A stretch of DNA of 36,795 nt from an uncultured Bdellovibrionales bacterium (GTDB taxonomy: Bacteria; Bdellovibrionota_C; UBA2361; SZUA-149; DAOLCO01). The position numbers and the translations under genes were made by a program. The notes beneath the pieces are model-generated. The model saw nothing but the letters and a program-made list of their open reading frames with translations, was not told the origin of the DNA and ran no database searches. This document shows, in pieces, positions 8,823-18,377 of the stretch (positions are counted from its first letter, which is position 1; each line of letters opens with the position of its first letter). The stretch is taken from contig CAYYIQ010000003.1 of the NCBI GenBank assembly GCA_964472005.1, positions 1 to 36,795 of the forward strand, read 5' to 3'.

Positions 8823-10302
8823 AGCCCATTGGAAAATTATCTCCTTTCTAGAGAGAATTGCAGATAACATTCTAATTGTCGTTGCTTTTTTTTTAGCGCA
8901 CAAGATTCGCAGCACTAACTTTGGATCATTCGTACATCAATATCTACCTCTGCCGTCCGATCTGCAAAACTTAGGTGAAATTGAACGGTATTACCTAGTT
9001 TTGGGTATCGCGTTGCCGCTGTTTAATGCATCGCTTTCAATTTTTGGTGCTTACCGGAGTATGAGAAAGTATGTTGCGTTGAAATTGTTACGAGTATCAA
9101 TCGTATCGGGTTTGATTACCTTCCTATGTTTGGGTTCACTTCTTTATATTTTGAAACTTGATTTTAGTAGAAGTTTCATAGGTTTGTTTACTGGAATATG
9201 TAGTTTACTGTTCTTTATTGAGAGATTTTCGGTTTTACTTCTACTTAGATTTTTTAGAACTAGAGGAAAGAATTTTAGAAATGTTCTAATTGTTGGAACA
9301 GGAGTGCAAGCGCGTAATTTATTTTTTGAAATTGGCGCACACGGCCAAATGGGAATAAAGGTTCAGGGGTTTGTCGATGTGAGAGGTGCTACAAATCTCA
9401 GAGGTGAAACTGTTCCTGAAGATGATAGTGCGGTCTATGACCTGCAGGCCCGAATAATTTCAACTGCCGAGACATTTGAAGAAACGTTAAAAAGATTTGC
9501 AATCGATGAAGTTATTTTCACCGATGTTATAAATACATTTCCAGTCGTTCATGATTTGGCGGAAATTGCGACGGAAGAGGGGATACACGTTACGTTTGCC
9601 GCAGATTTATTTAGTATCGGAGTCTTTACCTCTGAAGTAGGAAATATCGGAGATATTCCGTTGCTTCATTTTCATCCGTCACCAGGCGGTCAAGACAGTA
9701 TGCCACTACTTTTTAAGAGATTTTTAGACATATTGATTTCAGGGATTGTATTGGTCGCCTTTTTGCCGATTTTTATCATTGTCATGATAGCCATTCGAAT
9801 AGATTCAAAGGGTCCTGTATTTTTTAAACAAAAGCGAGTGGGACTAAACGGCAGACATTTTACGCTCTTAAAATTTAGATCGATGGTTGAGAACGCAGAA
9901 GAACTTTTGAACGATCTTAAAGAAAAGAATGAAATGAAAGGACCGGTTTTTAAAATCAAAGAAGATCCTAGGATCACTAAAGTTGGAAAGGTCCTACGAA
10001 AGTATAGTTTAGATGAATTCCCTCAATTACTTAACGTTTTGAAGGGAGACATGTCACTTGTTGGCCCGCGTCCACCTTTACCGGAAGAGGTCAAATTCTA
10101 CAAAAGGAAGCAGCGGAAAAGATTGAGTATGCGACCTGGTTTGACATGCTCGTGGCAAGTTAGTGGTCGGAATGAAATACCAAGTTTTGAAGAATGGGCA
10201 AAAATGGACTTGGAATATATCAACAATTGGTCTTTGAAACGAGATTTAATTTTGATTGCAAGAACTATTCCCGTTGTTATTCTTGGAACAGGGGCAAGAT
10301 AG
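8815..10302 (+). CDS. Polyprenyl-phosphate glycosylphosphotransferase (WcaJ/CpsE-like sugar transferase)
   Basis: Four N-terminal TMs, LIVGTG domain, KRFLDI, KFRSM, DPRITKVG..LRKYSLDEFPQL.NVLKGDMSLVGPRP and PGLTCSWQVSGR. Confidence 0.92.
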   Translation: MLKAHWKIISFLERIADNILIVVAFFLAHKIRSTNFGSFVHQYLPLPSDLQNLGEIERYYLVLGIALPLFNASLSIFGAYRSMRKYVALKLLRVSIVSGLITFLCLGSLLYILKLDFSRSFIGLFTGICSLLFFIERFSVLLLLRFFRTRGKNFRNVLIVGTGVQARNLFFEIGAHGQMGIKVQGFVDVRGATNLRGETVPEDDSAVYDLQARIISTAETFEETLKRFAIDEVIFTDVINTFPVVHDLAEIATEEGIHVTFAADLFSIGVFTSEVGNIGDIPLLHFHPSPGGQDSMPLLFKRFLDILISGIVLVAFLPIFIIVMIAIRIDSKGPVFFKQKRVGLNGRHFTLLKFRSMVENAEELLNDLKEKNEMKGPVFKIKEDPRITKVGKVLRKYSLDEFPQLLNVLKGDMSLVGPRPPLPEEVKFYKRKQRKRLSMRPGLTCSWQVSGRNEIPSFEEWAKMDLEYINNWSLKRDLILIARTIPVVILGTGAR

Positions 10303-10599
10303 CTTAGGTAGTAGTAATTCGCGTTAAAAATGCCAACCTGAATCTTAATTCTAAATTAGCGCCTCTGGAATTGAAGAAGTTAGTTCCGCCTCATTGGAAA
10401 CTAAAGCTGTCCGGCCTCTTAGTATTGCTGACTTTCATAAATTTGATTTTGAGAGCATTTTAAAAACTCTTAGGCGTCTAACTCCCTAGATAGACTTGCA
10501 AAATTCGATTCTGCAATGATTGCCTGCTTAATTAGTTTTTAAATAAAGTTATGCTGAATATTTACCGACAGTAATTGTGAATATTTGTAGTATAATTTT

Positions 10600-11748
10600 A
10601 TGACGCACCGTATCTTAGTAGTTGATGATTCAGAAGAAAACCGTTGGATGGTTAAGTACTGCCTTGCGGCCGATGGTTATGCTGTCGATGAACTGGAAAG
10701 CGGTCAAGAATTACTCGATTTGGGAGAGAGAGTTACAGAGTTCGATTTAATCTTGCTTGATGTAATGATGCCCAATCTTGATGGGTTTGAGACATGTCGA
10801 ATCTTCAAAACTCAAGCATTTGCAACGAACATCCCCGTAATATTTCTTACTGCTGAAAGTGAAGAAGATAGCAGAGTTAGCGGTTTCCAGGCAGGGGGAA
10901 TTGACTATATTCTCAAGCCTTTTGGGAGAAAGGAATTGGGTATGAGAGTCAAGTCTCATTTAGCGCTTTCTAATAAGTTTAAAGAGGTAAGTCACGAAAA
11001 AGAAACCCTAAGAGCAAATCTACAACGTGGAGCCGAAATTCAAAATGCATTTTTACCTTCGAAGACATTTACCCATCCAAACTTAAATATTGCCTGGGAT
11101 CATCGACCAATTGAGCATATCGCGGGTGATATGTTTGGTTTTATTGATTTCGATGACGGTTCATTAGGAGTGTATTTACTTGATGTATGTGGACACGGAT
11201 CTTCTGCAGCTTTAGTGGCTTCAGCTGTATGCGGGGCAATCACAACTAATCGAGATCTAATGGGCTATGAGGATGCGGGTCGGTACTATCCACGGGACCC
11301 TAGTGATTTCTTCTCGAGATTAAGCAAGCATTTCCCGTATGAAAAGTACGAAAGCTATTTTACGTTTTCGTATGTTGTAGTCGACCCAAAAAATCATAAT
11401 TCAAGAATTGGGGTTGCTGGACATCCAGCTCCGTATTTAGTCGGATCTGAAACCGTTAGCAAGGTTGACGTAATTGGGGCGATCTTAGGTCTCGACTTAG
11501 ATAGTAAATGGGCAAGTCAAAAAATTATATTTAAGCAGAATGACAAAATCATTATTGTTTCAGACGGAGTATTGGAATTAACGAACAAGTCAGGCAGATT
11601 TGATAAAGTTATAGATTCAGTTCTTGTTCAACATTCTAAAGGTGATGCAGAAAGTTTGGTTCAAGGTTTGCGGCATCATATTAACGAATTTGTGGATAAC
11701 GGTGAAATAAAAGATGATTTGACGATTATATGTGTAGAAAATAAGTGA
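10600..11748 (+). CDS. Response-regulator receiver fused to PP2C/SpoIIE phosphatase (RsbU/RsbY-like)
   Basis: Intact REC domain (VVDD, LLDVMMP, FLTA, YILKPF). PP2C motifs AGDMF, DVCGHG, SDGVLE and DDLT. Confidence 0.92.
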   Translation: MTHRILVVDDSEENRWMVKYCLAADGYAVDELESGQELLDLGERVTEFDLILLDVMMPNLDGFETCRIFKTQAFATNIPVIFLTAESEEDSRVSGFQAGGIDYILKPFGRKELGMRVKSHLALSNKFKEVSHEKETLRANLQRGAEIQNAFLPSKTFTHPNLNIAWDHRPIEHIAGDMFGFIDFDDGSLGVYLLDVCGHGSSAALVASAVCGAITTNRDLMGYEDAGRYYPRDPSDFFSRLSKHFPYEKYESYFTFSYVVVDPKNHNSRIGVAGHPAPYLVGSETVSKVDVIGAILGLDLDSKWASQKIIFKQNDKIIIVSDGVLELTNKSGRFDKVIDSVLVQHSKGDAESLVQGLRHHINEFVDNGEIKDDLTIICVENK

Positions 11749-11782
11749 AATTCGAAGCACTTTGCAGTGAAAAAGGAAAAAA

Positions 11783-12127
11783 ATGTTAAAATTAGTTGAT
11801 TCAAAGTTAAAACGTTACAAGCTTCTCAAAGTGGAGTCTTCTGTAATTGATAGTACCAATTTCTCAGAATTCAAATTAGGTCTGATGAAGGAACTGCGTC
11901 CAGATGAGACTATAATATTAAATCTGGAGAACGTAAATTTTGTAGATAGTAGTGGGCTTGGTGCACTTATTTCGGGTTTGAAAGCTGTCGGGAATCCAGA
12001 GCTTCTTATTCTATGTGGATTGAATGAACAAATTATAAGCCTATTGGAACTTACTTGCTTAGATAAAGTTTTTAAAACCACTAAGGACTATCAAGATGCT
12101 TTAGAAGAAGTAGGACCTCGGCCATGA
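11783..12127 (+). CDS. STAS anti-anti-sigma factor (RsbV/SpoIIAA-like)
   Basis: NLENVNFVDSSGLGALI contains the phospho-Ser motif. L.LT.LDKVF tail. Confidence 0.9.
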   Translation: MLKLVDSKLKRYKLLKVESSVIDSTNFSEFKLGLMKELRPDETIILNLENVNFVDSSGLGALISGLKAVGNPELLILCGLNEQIISLLELTCLDKVFKTTKDYQDALEEVGPRP

Positions 12128-12549
12128 TGAAGTTCTCGTGCGAATTGCCAGCAAATTTTCAAAGTCTTAAGTCTCTTAGGGAACTTTTGCAGCGTTACGA
12201 AGCCGAGTCATCGAATGGACTTAAACGTTTTTCTCAAATTGAACTAGCCTTGATTGAAATTTTTACTAATATTGTGAAACATGGAGAAGTTATCAAAGAT
12301 GATTTAATCGAAGTTCAATTACGATCGAGTGGAAATGAAATGAATATTCAGCTAATTGATAATGGAAAGCAATTTCTACCTTCTATTCTCGAAACAGTCA
12401 TGCCAAGTATTTCACAAGATATCGACTTGCTACCAGAAAATGGATTTGGTGTCCCTTTAGTAGTTTCAATTACAGATTCAGTCCGATACGAGCGAAAAGA
12501 CGAGAAAAACTTCACAACTCTTATCTTCGTCCTAGATGAGGATTCCTAG
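12124..12549 (+). CDS. Anti-sigma factor / Ser kinase (RsbW-like, HATPase_c_2)
   Basis: ELALIEIFTNIVKHG (N box), DNGKQF (G1) and ENGFGVPLV (G2). ATGA overlap with the STAS gene. Confidence 0.9.
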   Translation: MMKFSCELPANFQSLKSLRELLQRYEAESSNGLKRFSQIELALIEIFTNIVKHGEVIKDDLIEVQLRSSGNEMNIQLIDNGKQFLPSILETVMPSISQDIDLLPENGFGVPLVVSITDSVRYERKDEKNFTTLIFVLDEDS

Positions 12550-12630
12550 TCTAGACATATTTTAAAACCACTAAGTGTATATACACCTGGTACAGGTTGT
12601 TTAGCACCAAGATCAATTCTAGCAAATTAA

Positions 12631-13743
12631 CTAATTCTCTCTTTCGTCTTCATTCCTAATGTTACCGCTGTAGAGAGGATACTCCTTGATTCCAAGTTTT
12701 CTTAGAACTCTATTTATATGGATGTGGCCTGTTTCAATAAAATGCTTCGCTCCATCGATCTGAGTACCTGCTACAGCAGTTCCAATGATAAAGGCATTTT
12801 TTACATTGGTTTCATTTGTCTCGTTGTTAATCTCTGGCTTTTTAGCTTTACCCGTAAGTTTGATCCCTGTTTGTTCGAAAAGTGAAGAATCTTGTGCATA
12901 GCCTGTTAAGAGTAGGGTATAATCACAATCTATTTTTTTTATAGGTTTAGCATCATCATTGGTTTTTTTAAGGGAGACTGTGTTCTCATCAATTTTAATG
13001 ACTTTCGTTTCCATTTCAATTTCGATTTTACCTTCTCGAATTAAAGCTTTTAGTTCTGGTAATAACCATGGTTTGACTTTTTTTGGATCAAAATTAGCTC
13101 TACGGTGTATAAGAGTAACTTTTGCACCAGCTCGATAAAGTCGAATTGCTGCTTCAACGGCGGAATTCTTACCACCAACTATTGCGACTTTCATGAATGA
13201 TAAGGAATGAGGATCAGGTAAAAAATGACTTACGAATGGACCGTTTTCACCTTCTATTTCAAGATACTTTGGATGGTGCATGTCACCAATAGCAAAAATA
13301 ATCTTCTTTGCTAGGAGATGCCTTGTTGAAGAAGTATTCAATTCAGTTCTCAATTCGTTATGACGAGGTCCACCAACTCCAGTCGGTGATTTGGTCACTG
13401 TAATTTCGAATTCTTGCTCTAAGTTGGTGGTTATACTTTGAACCTTGGAAAAAAAACTAATCTGAAGATTAAATTTTACAACTACACTTCTTAAGTAGAG
13501 TAGATATTCTTCTCTGGTTATTTTAAAATGTGGATAAGTCTCGAGAGGGATTCCTGCGATTGATAGTCGTTCAGGAGAACTGAAGAATGGTGTTCCTGGT
13601 GCGTACCAATTTATTGTCGATGCGAGACATCCTGCTTCTAGGTGAATGTATTCAATATTAGATGTTTTAAGTGCGGCTGCCATCTCAATCCCAATTGGAC
13701 CAGCACCAATTAATACAAGATTAGTTTTAACTATTTTTTTCAA
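12631..13743 (-). CDS. YpdA-like FAD/NADPH disulfide reductase (bacillithiol disulfide reductase family)
   Basis: IGAGPIG, GCLASTI.WY…FFSSPERL, REEYL.YLR, GGKNSAVEAA..LYRAGAKVT, VKPWLLP, LLTGY and FIETG.IH all parallel YpdA. TTG start. Confidence 0.75.
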   Translation of the reverse strand: MKKIVKTNLVLIGAGPIGIEMAAALKTSNIEYIHLEAGCLASTINWYAPGTPFFSSPERLSIAGIPLETYPHFKITREEYLLYLRSVVVKFNLQISFFSKVQSITTNLEQEFEITVTKSPTGVGGPRHNELRTELNTSSTRHLLAKKIIFAIGDMHHPKYLEIEGENGPFVSHFLPDPHSLSFMKVAIVGGKNSAVEAAIRLYRAGAKVTLIHRRANFDPKKVKPWLLPELKALIREGKIEIEMETKVIKIDENTVSLKKTNDDAKPIKKIDCDYTLLLTGYAQDSSLFEQTGIKLTGKAKKPEINNETNETNVKNAFIIGTAVAGTQIDGAKHFIETGHIHINRVLRKLGIKEYPLYSGNIRNEDEREN

Positions 13744-14103
13744 AATGCTTAGGCGTCACTTCAGTTTTAGAGAAATAAATTAGATGTTTAGATGTGATAC
13801 TTTTGATATCAATGTTAATCGTACTAAATACTCATAGGATGAGTCAAAAGATAGGAGATATAATATATTTTAAATCATATATTCCTCGGATTGATGATAC
13901 TGTATTCTCTCAAATAGCAATGCTCTAGGAGGAAATCCTATCAGAGCGCACCTGTTGAGAATGAGACTCTCGTACATTAAATATCAGCAATACTAGGCCT
14001 ATTTTCGGAAGATTAAGCAGAACAGATAATTTCCCAAAAATCTAATTCATAGTAGAGTAAATTTCATTTATTTACTTTATTTTGGCGTGATTACTAGAAA
14101 TTA

Positions 14104-15288
14104 TTGATCTTGAGACCTAAGAAATCGTTCATTCAAATTCAAAGAATTTTAGATTCCATCTTGGGTGGTGTTTTGATTCTATTATTTAGGCCTATCTCGT
14201 TGGCATTAGAGCCAATTATGAAACGCGACCATGAACTCGTTCTGAAAGGAACTTTTGTCGTTGTTAAGATATTAGGTGGTGGTAGTCTTTTTGTCGCTGC
14301 GCCGTCATTAATGGCATTGCGAAAGAAGTATCCAGACGTTAAATTCAAGTTGGTTTGTTCAAATGAAGTTAAGGTCTTTGCGGAACTGTTGGGAGTTTTT
14401 GATGTTATTATTCCGATTTCTACAAGTTCTAGCATTGAGTTTCTAAAAACATCTTTTATTGCGTTACGCCAAATATTTAGATGTGATACGATCCTTGATT
14501 TGGAAATCTACTCTAAGCTCACATCTATTTTTTGTCTGTTTTCATGTGCAAGGAATCGGATTGGTTTCTTTATGAATATCAATTCTTGGCAAAGTGGACT
14601 TACTACCCATTCTTTATTTTTGAATCATAGTGCCCCTATCTATACTTTTTACGAGCAAGCTGTTTTGCTGCTAGGAGCTACAGCTCTATCCACTCAGGAG
14701 TCTAGAGATATTTTGAAATCTGTTCATCCTTGGATGAGTGAAGTTCAAAAGGATCTTTCCTCTTATACAATAGCACCATTTTCATCCTTGCTTGCTCCGG
14801 AACGAGAGTTCTCATCGGAAGAGTGGGCGGAGATATTGAGTCGAAATAAATTTCCTGAGAATGCCAAACTTACGATCCTTGGAGGAAATGCTGATGTTGA
14901 TAGGGCTGCTGAGTTGGAAATACTTTTAAGCACTCGATTGAGAGATGTGAATATCGTTAATATGGCTGGTAAGTTGAAATTAGTAGATAGTGCCCATGAA
15001 ATTTTTAAATCAAATAGGTTATTTGCGATCGACTCAGGGTTGAATCATATCGCGCGTTTGTTTGGAACGGATGTCACTTCTTACTGGGGGCCAACAAACC
15101 CTAATCGATTTTTGAAGCCAATGAGTGGAATCGATGAAGAGGTTCACTATAAACCACCGTATTGTTCGCCATGTGTTCATTTGATTGATTCTCCGCCATG
15201 TGCGGGAAATAATATATGTATGAAGAATCATTTGTCGATGAGTCAAAGTTGTTTAGATGGTTGGTTGATAAAGGGAACTAGGAGTTAA
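14104..15288 (+). CDS. Glycosyltransferase family 9 (heptosyltransferase-like) with Cys-rich tail
   Basis: NMAGKLKL, AIDSGLNHIA..FG…..WGPTNP and C-terminal CSPC-x8-C-x5-CM. TTG start, position uncertain. Confidence 0.85.
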   Translation: MILRPKKSFIQIQRILDSILGGVLILLFRPISLALEPIMKRDHELVLKGTFVVVKILGGGSLFVAAPSLMALRKKYPDVKFKLVCSNEVKVFAELLGVFDVIIPISTSSSIEFLKTSFIALRQIFRCDTILDLEIYSKLTSIFCLFSCARNRIGFFMNINSWQSGLTTHSLFLNHSAPIYTFYEQAVLLLGATALSTQESRDILKSVHPWMSEVQKDLSSYTIAPFSSLLAPEREFSSEEWAEILSRNKFPENAKLTILGGNADVDRAAELEILLSTRLRDVNIVNMAGKLKLVDSAHEIFKSNRLFAIDSGLNHIARLFGTDVTSYWGPTNPNRFLKPMSGIDEEVHYKPPYCSPCVHLIDSPPCAGNNICMKNHLSMSQSCLDGWLIKGTRS

Positions 15289-15289
15289 T

Positions 15290-16885
15290 TTGAAAGAACG
15301 GATTTGCATAGTTGGTTCAGGGCCTTCGGGAGCACTCTCTGCATACGTCGCAGTCAAAAAAGGTTATGACGTAATTATGCTTGATACAGGAATCGAGCCT
15401 GAAAAAGATGTTAGATCTTTAATAGAAAATCCTTGTTTGGATACGGAATCATTTAGTAATAAAGTCAGAGAATTCCGAAAAAAAACTTTAGCGGGTCATA
15501 AGGGTATTCCTGAGAAACTAGCATTTGGTTCATCGTTCCCATATGATATTTTCCCAGGTGGAAAACTGAATTATGAGAAGGGGACGGATTTTGTTATCTC
15601 GTACGCATATGGAGGGCTTAGTAACGTCTGGGGAGCTACTGTTGCTGCGCTTCATCCAGATGATGTCGCTGATTGGCCAGTAAGCGTAGAGGAGTTTAAC
15701 GAATATTTTTCAATGTTGAATGAAGTAGTCGAAGTCTCTTCAGGCACTGATAACATTGACAAACTCTATCCAGTTGAAATTAGTGATGGAGCTAACTATG
15801 CCCTAGGCGGTCAAGCTCAAATGTTATTAGATAATTTAAATCGCCATGGGGACGAATTATTAGATAAAGGGATCTATTTTGGCCGTGCTAAAATTGCGCT
15901 CGGTAAAAAATATTCAACAAATAAAATCGGATGTGTGCAATGCGGAATGTGCATGCACGGTTGTCCTCATAATGTCATCTTTTCATCTAAGGATATAATT
16001 AATAAATTTTTATTAAATACTCCAAACTTCGAATATCTAAAAGGTTGTTTAGTAAAAAGATTCGAAGAAGAATCAGATAAAGTAAATATTTTTTATCAAG
16101 ATAGCGAAGGACGTGATCTTGCAATTGAAGCTTCACGCTTATTTTTAGCAGCTGGAGTCATCGGTAGTACTACTATTGTATCTAAGTCGACGAATTGGCA
16201 AAAAAAGTCTTTTAAAATAAAAGATAGTCAAAAGTATCTGTTCCCGTTTATCTTAAATAAACGTTTGCCAAAGGTAGCTAGAGAGTCAACGAACACTTTG
16301 TCTCAAATATATTTTGATTTCAAAATTCCTGGAATTTCTGGTTATATAGTACACATGCAATTGTACGCTTATAATGAGCTAGTATTGGAGCCTTTTAGAA
16401 GGTTCTTACCCGATAAAATTGTAGACCAATTTCCTAAATACTTTGGCTTTTTTTTCGATCGATTGATGATAGGGATGATTTATTTGAATGGGGTTGATTC
16501 TGGCCAATTGGAATTTTTTCCTAACAGGGAGAGCAGCTCCAATTCTTTGGGTAGAGTTACGGGTAATCTTAATCCCAAGGGGAGAGAGGTTTTTAAAAAA
16601 ATACGAAAATTAATCTCGAAAGAATCAAAAAAAATCGGTGGAAGCATCCCATTTTTCGGTATAAGCGAAATCCCAGCTGGTAAAAGTCAGCACTTTGGTA
16701 GTAGTATTCCAATGTCTGCGAATCCAGAGGAGGGAACTAGCGATACATTGGGTAGGCCTTTCGGGTGTAGTCTTGTCCATGTAGTTGATGCATCTGTGCT
16801 GCCAAGTGTTCCAGGTACACCGACGACGTATCCAATTATGGCAAATGCGGCGAGAATTACTAAATTAGCATTAGAACTTAATTAA
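15290..16885 (+). CDS. GMC-family FAD oxidoreductase with CxxCxxCxxxC motif
   Basis: IVGSGPSG Rossmann motif, GGLSNVWG, CVQCGMCMHGCP, LFLAAGVIGST, HFGSS and VVDASVLPS.P..PTT..IMANAARI. GGAG precedes the TTG. Confidence 0.85.
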   Translation: MKERICIVGSGPSGALSAYVAVKKGYDVIMLDTGIEPEKDVRSLIENPCLDTESFSNKVREFRKKTLAGHKGIPEKLAFGSSFPYDIFPGGKLNYEKGTDFVISYAYGGLSNVWGATVAALHPDDVADWPVSVEEFNEYFSMLNEVVEVSSGTDNIDKLYPVEISDGANYALGGQAQMLLDNLNRHGDELLDKGIYFGRAKIALGKKYSTNKIGCVQCGMCMHGCPHNVIFSSKDIINKFLLNTPNFEYLKGCLVKRFEEESDKVNIFYQDSEGRDLAIEASRLFLAAGVIGSTTIVSKSTNWQKKSFKIKDSQKYLFPFILNKRLPKVARESTNTLSQIYFDFKIPGISGYIVHMQLYAYNELVLEPFRRFLPDKIVDQFPKYFGFFFDRLMIGMIYLNGVDSGQLEFFPNRESSSNSLGRVTGNLNPKGREVFKKIRKLISKESKKIGGSIPFFGISEIPAGKSQHFGSSIPMSANPEEGTSDTLGRPFGCSLVHVVDASVLPSVPGTPTTYPIMANAARITKLALELN

Positions 16886-16889
16886 ACTT

Positions 16890-18362
16890 ATGAACGACAA
16901 TACTGTGACATCACATTTAATTTCAATCAAAGAAAAAATCGATTCAAAACAACTTCTATCGGTCGAAGATTGCGATTACTTGGATATTGACTTGGTTCAC
17001 GATTTACATAGAAAATATGTGAATTCTTCTCGTGTGGATTTGCTTAAGATTTTTGAATTTGGAAATGAGCTTGCATCTCATGCAGAAGGAACGAAAATCT
17101 TTCTTAAAAATGGCAAAACAATCTTAGATTTTACTGGTGGAATCGGGGTGTTAAATCACGGCCATAATCACCCACGGATATTGGAAGTCCGACGTAGATT
17201 TGCTGAAATGAAGCGGATGGAAGTTCATCGAAACTACTTCTCTCAATACCTTTCAGTGCTAATACACAATCTGGCAGTTCTATTACCGGGGGATTTAGAG
17301 TTCTCTTTTTTCCCCAACTCTGGTTCAGAAGCTGTTGAAGCGGGTTTAAAAACAGCATTTAAATATCATAACGTTCGAAGAGATATAATATTACATTCTG
17401 ATATTTCTTTTCACGGAAAACTTTTTGGAGCAGGTAGTGTTACTCATTCTCCGGAAAACCATTTTCCTTTTCCAAAAATTCCCAGAACAAAACGTTTTAT
17501 CTTCAACGACATTAAGTCAGTAAAAAATTTAATTGATGATTCAAGACGATCTAATGGAGAGTGTGCTGTTGCTGGCATTATCATTGAACCTTTGAATGTT
17601 AGTAATATGATTGCTTGTACAGAAGACTTTCTTATAGAGTTGAGAAAGATTTGTTATAAAGAAGACATTGTTCTGATTTTCGACGAAGTATATTCTGGTT
17701 GGGGGAAAACGGGCGCCTTGTTTAATTTCATGAAATACAAAGATGTCATACCTGACGTACTTTGCTTTGCTAAGTCCTTTGGAGGCGGAAAAGCTTCAAT
17801 TTCTGGAATTACTACTCGTCGCCCGATTTTTAAGAAAGCTTTCGACGACTCAGTTTCTGCAAATTTGCAGTCAACAACCTTTTACGGCTTTGGAGAAGAG
17901 ACAGTCACGGCTATTGAAGCATTAAATATTATAGCAGAGGATGATTACGTAGGTAGAGCGCAAAAAATAGATATTCACCTAACGAGCGGTTTAAAGAAGC
18001 TTCAAGAAAAGTTTCCTAGTTTAATTAGGGAAGTCAGAGGACAAGGTGCCATTCACGGAGTTTTTTTTAATTCTGGTCCAGACATATTGAATAAGATTGT
18101 AAATTTAGTACCAGGTGAATTATTTAAAGATCCTAGATTTATCGGGAAGCTAATTACTGCAGCGGTAGTCTCGGAACTATATTCAAAAGAAAATATTTTA
18201 ACCTTTACCAGCCTCGGCCTTGATATCCATCTAATAGCTGCCCCATCGTTAGTTGCAAGTGAAGAAGACGTGAGCAATTTCATTGATGGCTTAGATCGAA
18301 CTCTGCAACAAGGAATCTTGCCGATAGTGTTAAAGTTCGTGAAACGTAAATTTACGTCGTAA
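16890..18362 (+). CDS. Class-III PLP aminotransferase
   Basis: LDFTGGIGVLNHGHNHP, NSGSEAVEAGLK, SFHGK, IFDEVYSGWGKTG and FAKSFGGG (PLP-Lys). Confidence 0.9.
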   Translation: MNDNTVTSHLISIKEKIDSKQLLSVEDCDYLDIDLVHDLHRKYVNSSRVDLLKIFEFGNELASHAEGTKIFLKNGKTILDFTGGIGVLNHGHNHPRILEVRRRFAEMKRMEVHRNYFSQYLSVLIHNLAVLLPGDLEFSFFPNSGSEAVEAGLKTAFKYHNVRRDIILHSDISFHGKLFGAGSVTHSPENHFPFPKIPRTKRFIFNDIKSVKNLIDDSRRSNGECAVAGIIIEPLNVSNMIACTEDFLIELRKICYKEDIVLIFDEVYSGWGKTGALFNFMKYKDVIPDVLCFAKSFGGGKASISGITTRRPIFKKAFDDSVSANLQSTTFYGFGEETVTAIEALNIIAEDDYVGRAQKIDIHLTSGLKKLQEKFPSLIREVRGQGAIHGVFFNSGPDILNKIVNLVPGELFKDPRFIGKLITAAVVSELYSKENILTFTSLGLDIHLIAAPSLVASEEDVSNFIDGLDRTLQQGILPIVLKFVKRKFTS

Positions 18363-18377
18363 ATTGAAATATTTTAT

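Noticed and set aside
10463-13757. 14/16 direct repeat AAAA..CTTAGGCGTC (10463-10478 and 13742-13757) flanking the rsb-ypdA block
   Set aside because: Only 10 contiguous identical bases, no integrase or transposase, and the second copy overlaps the ypdA start, so it is compatible with chance.
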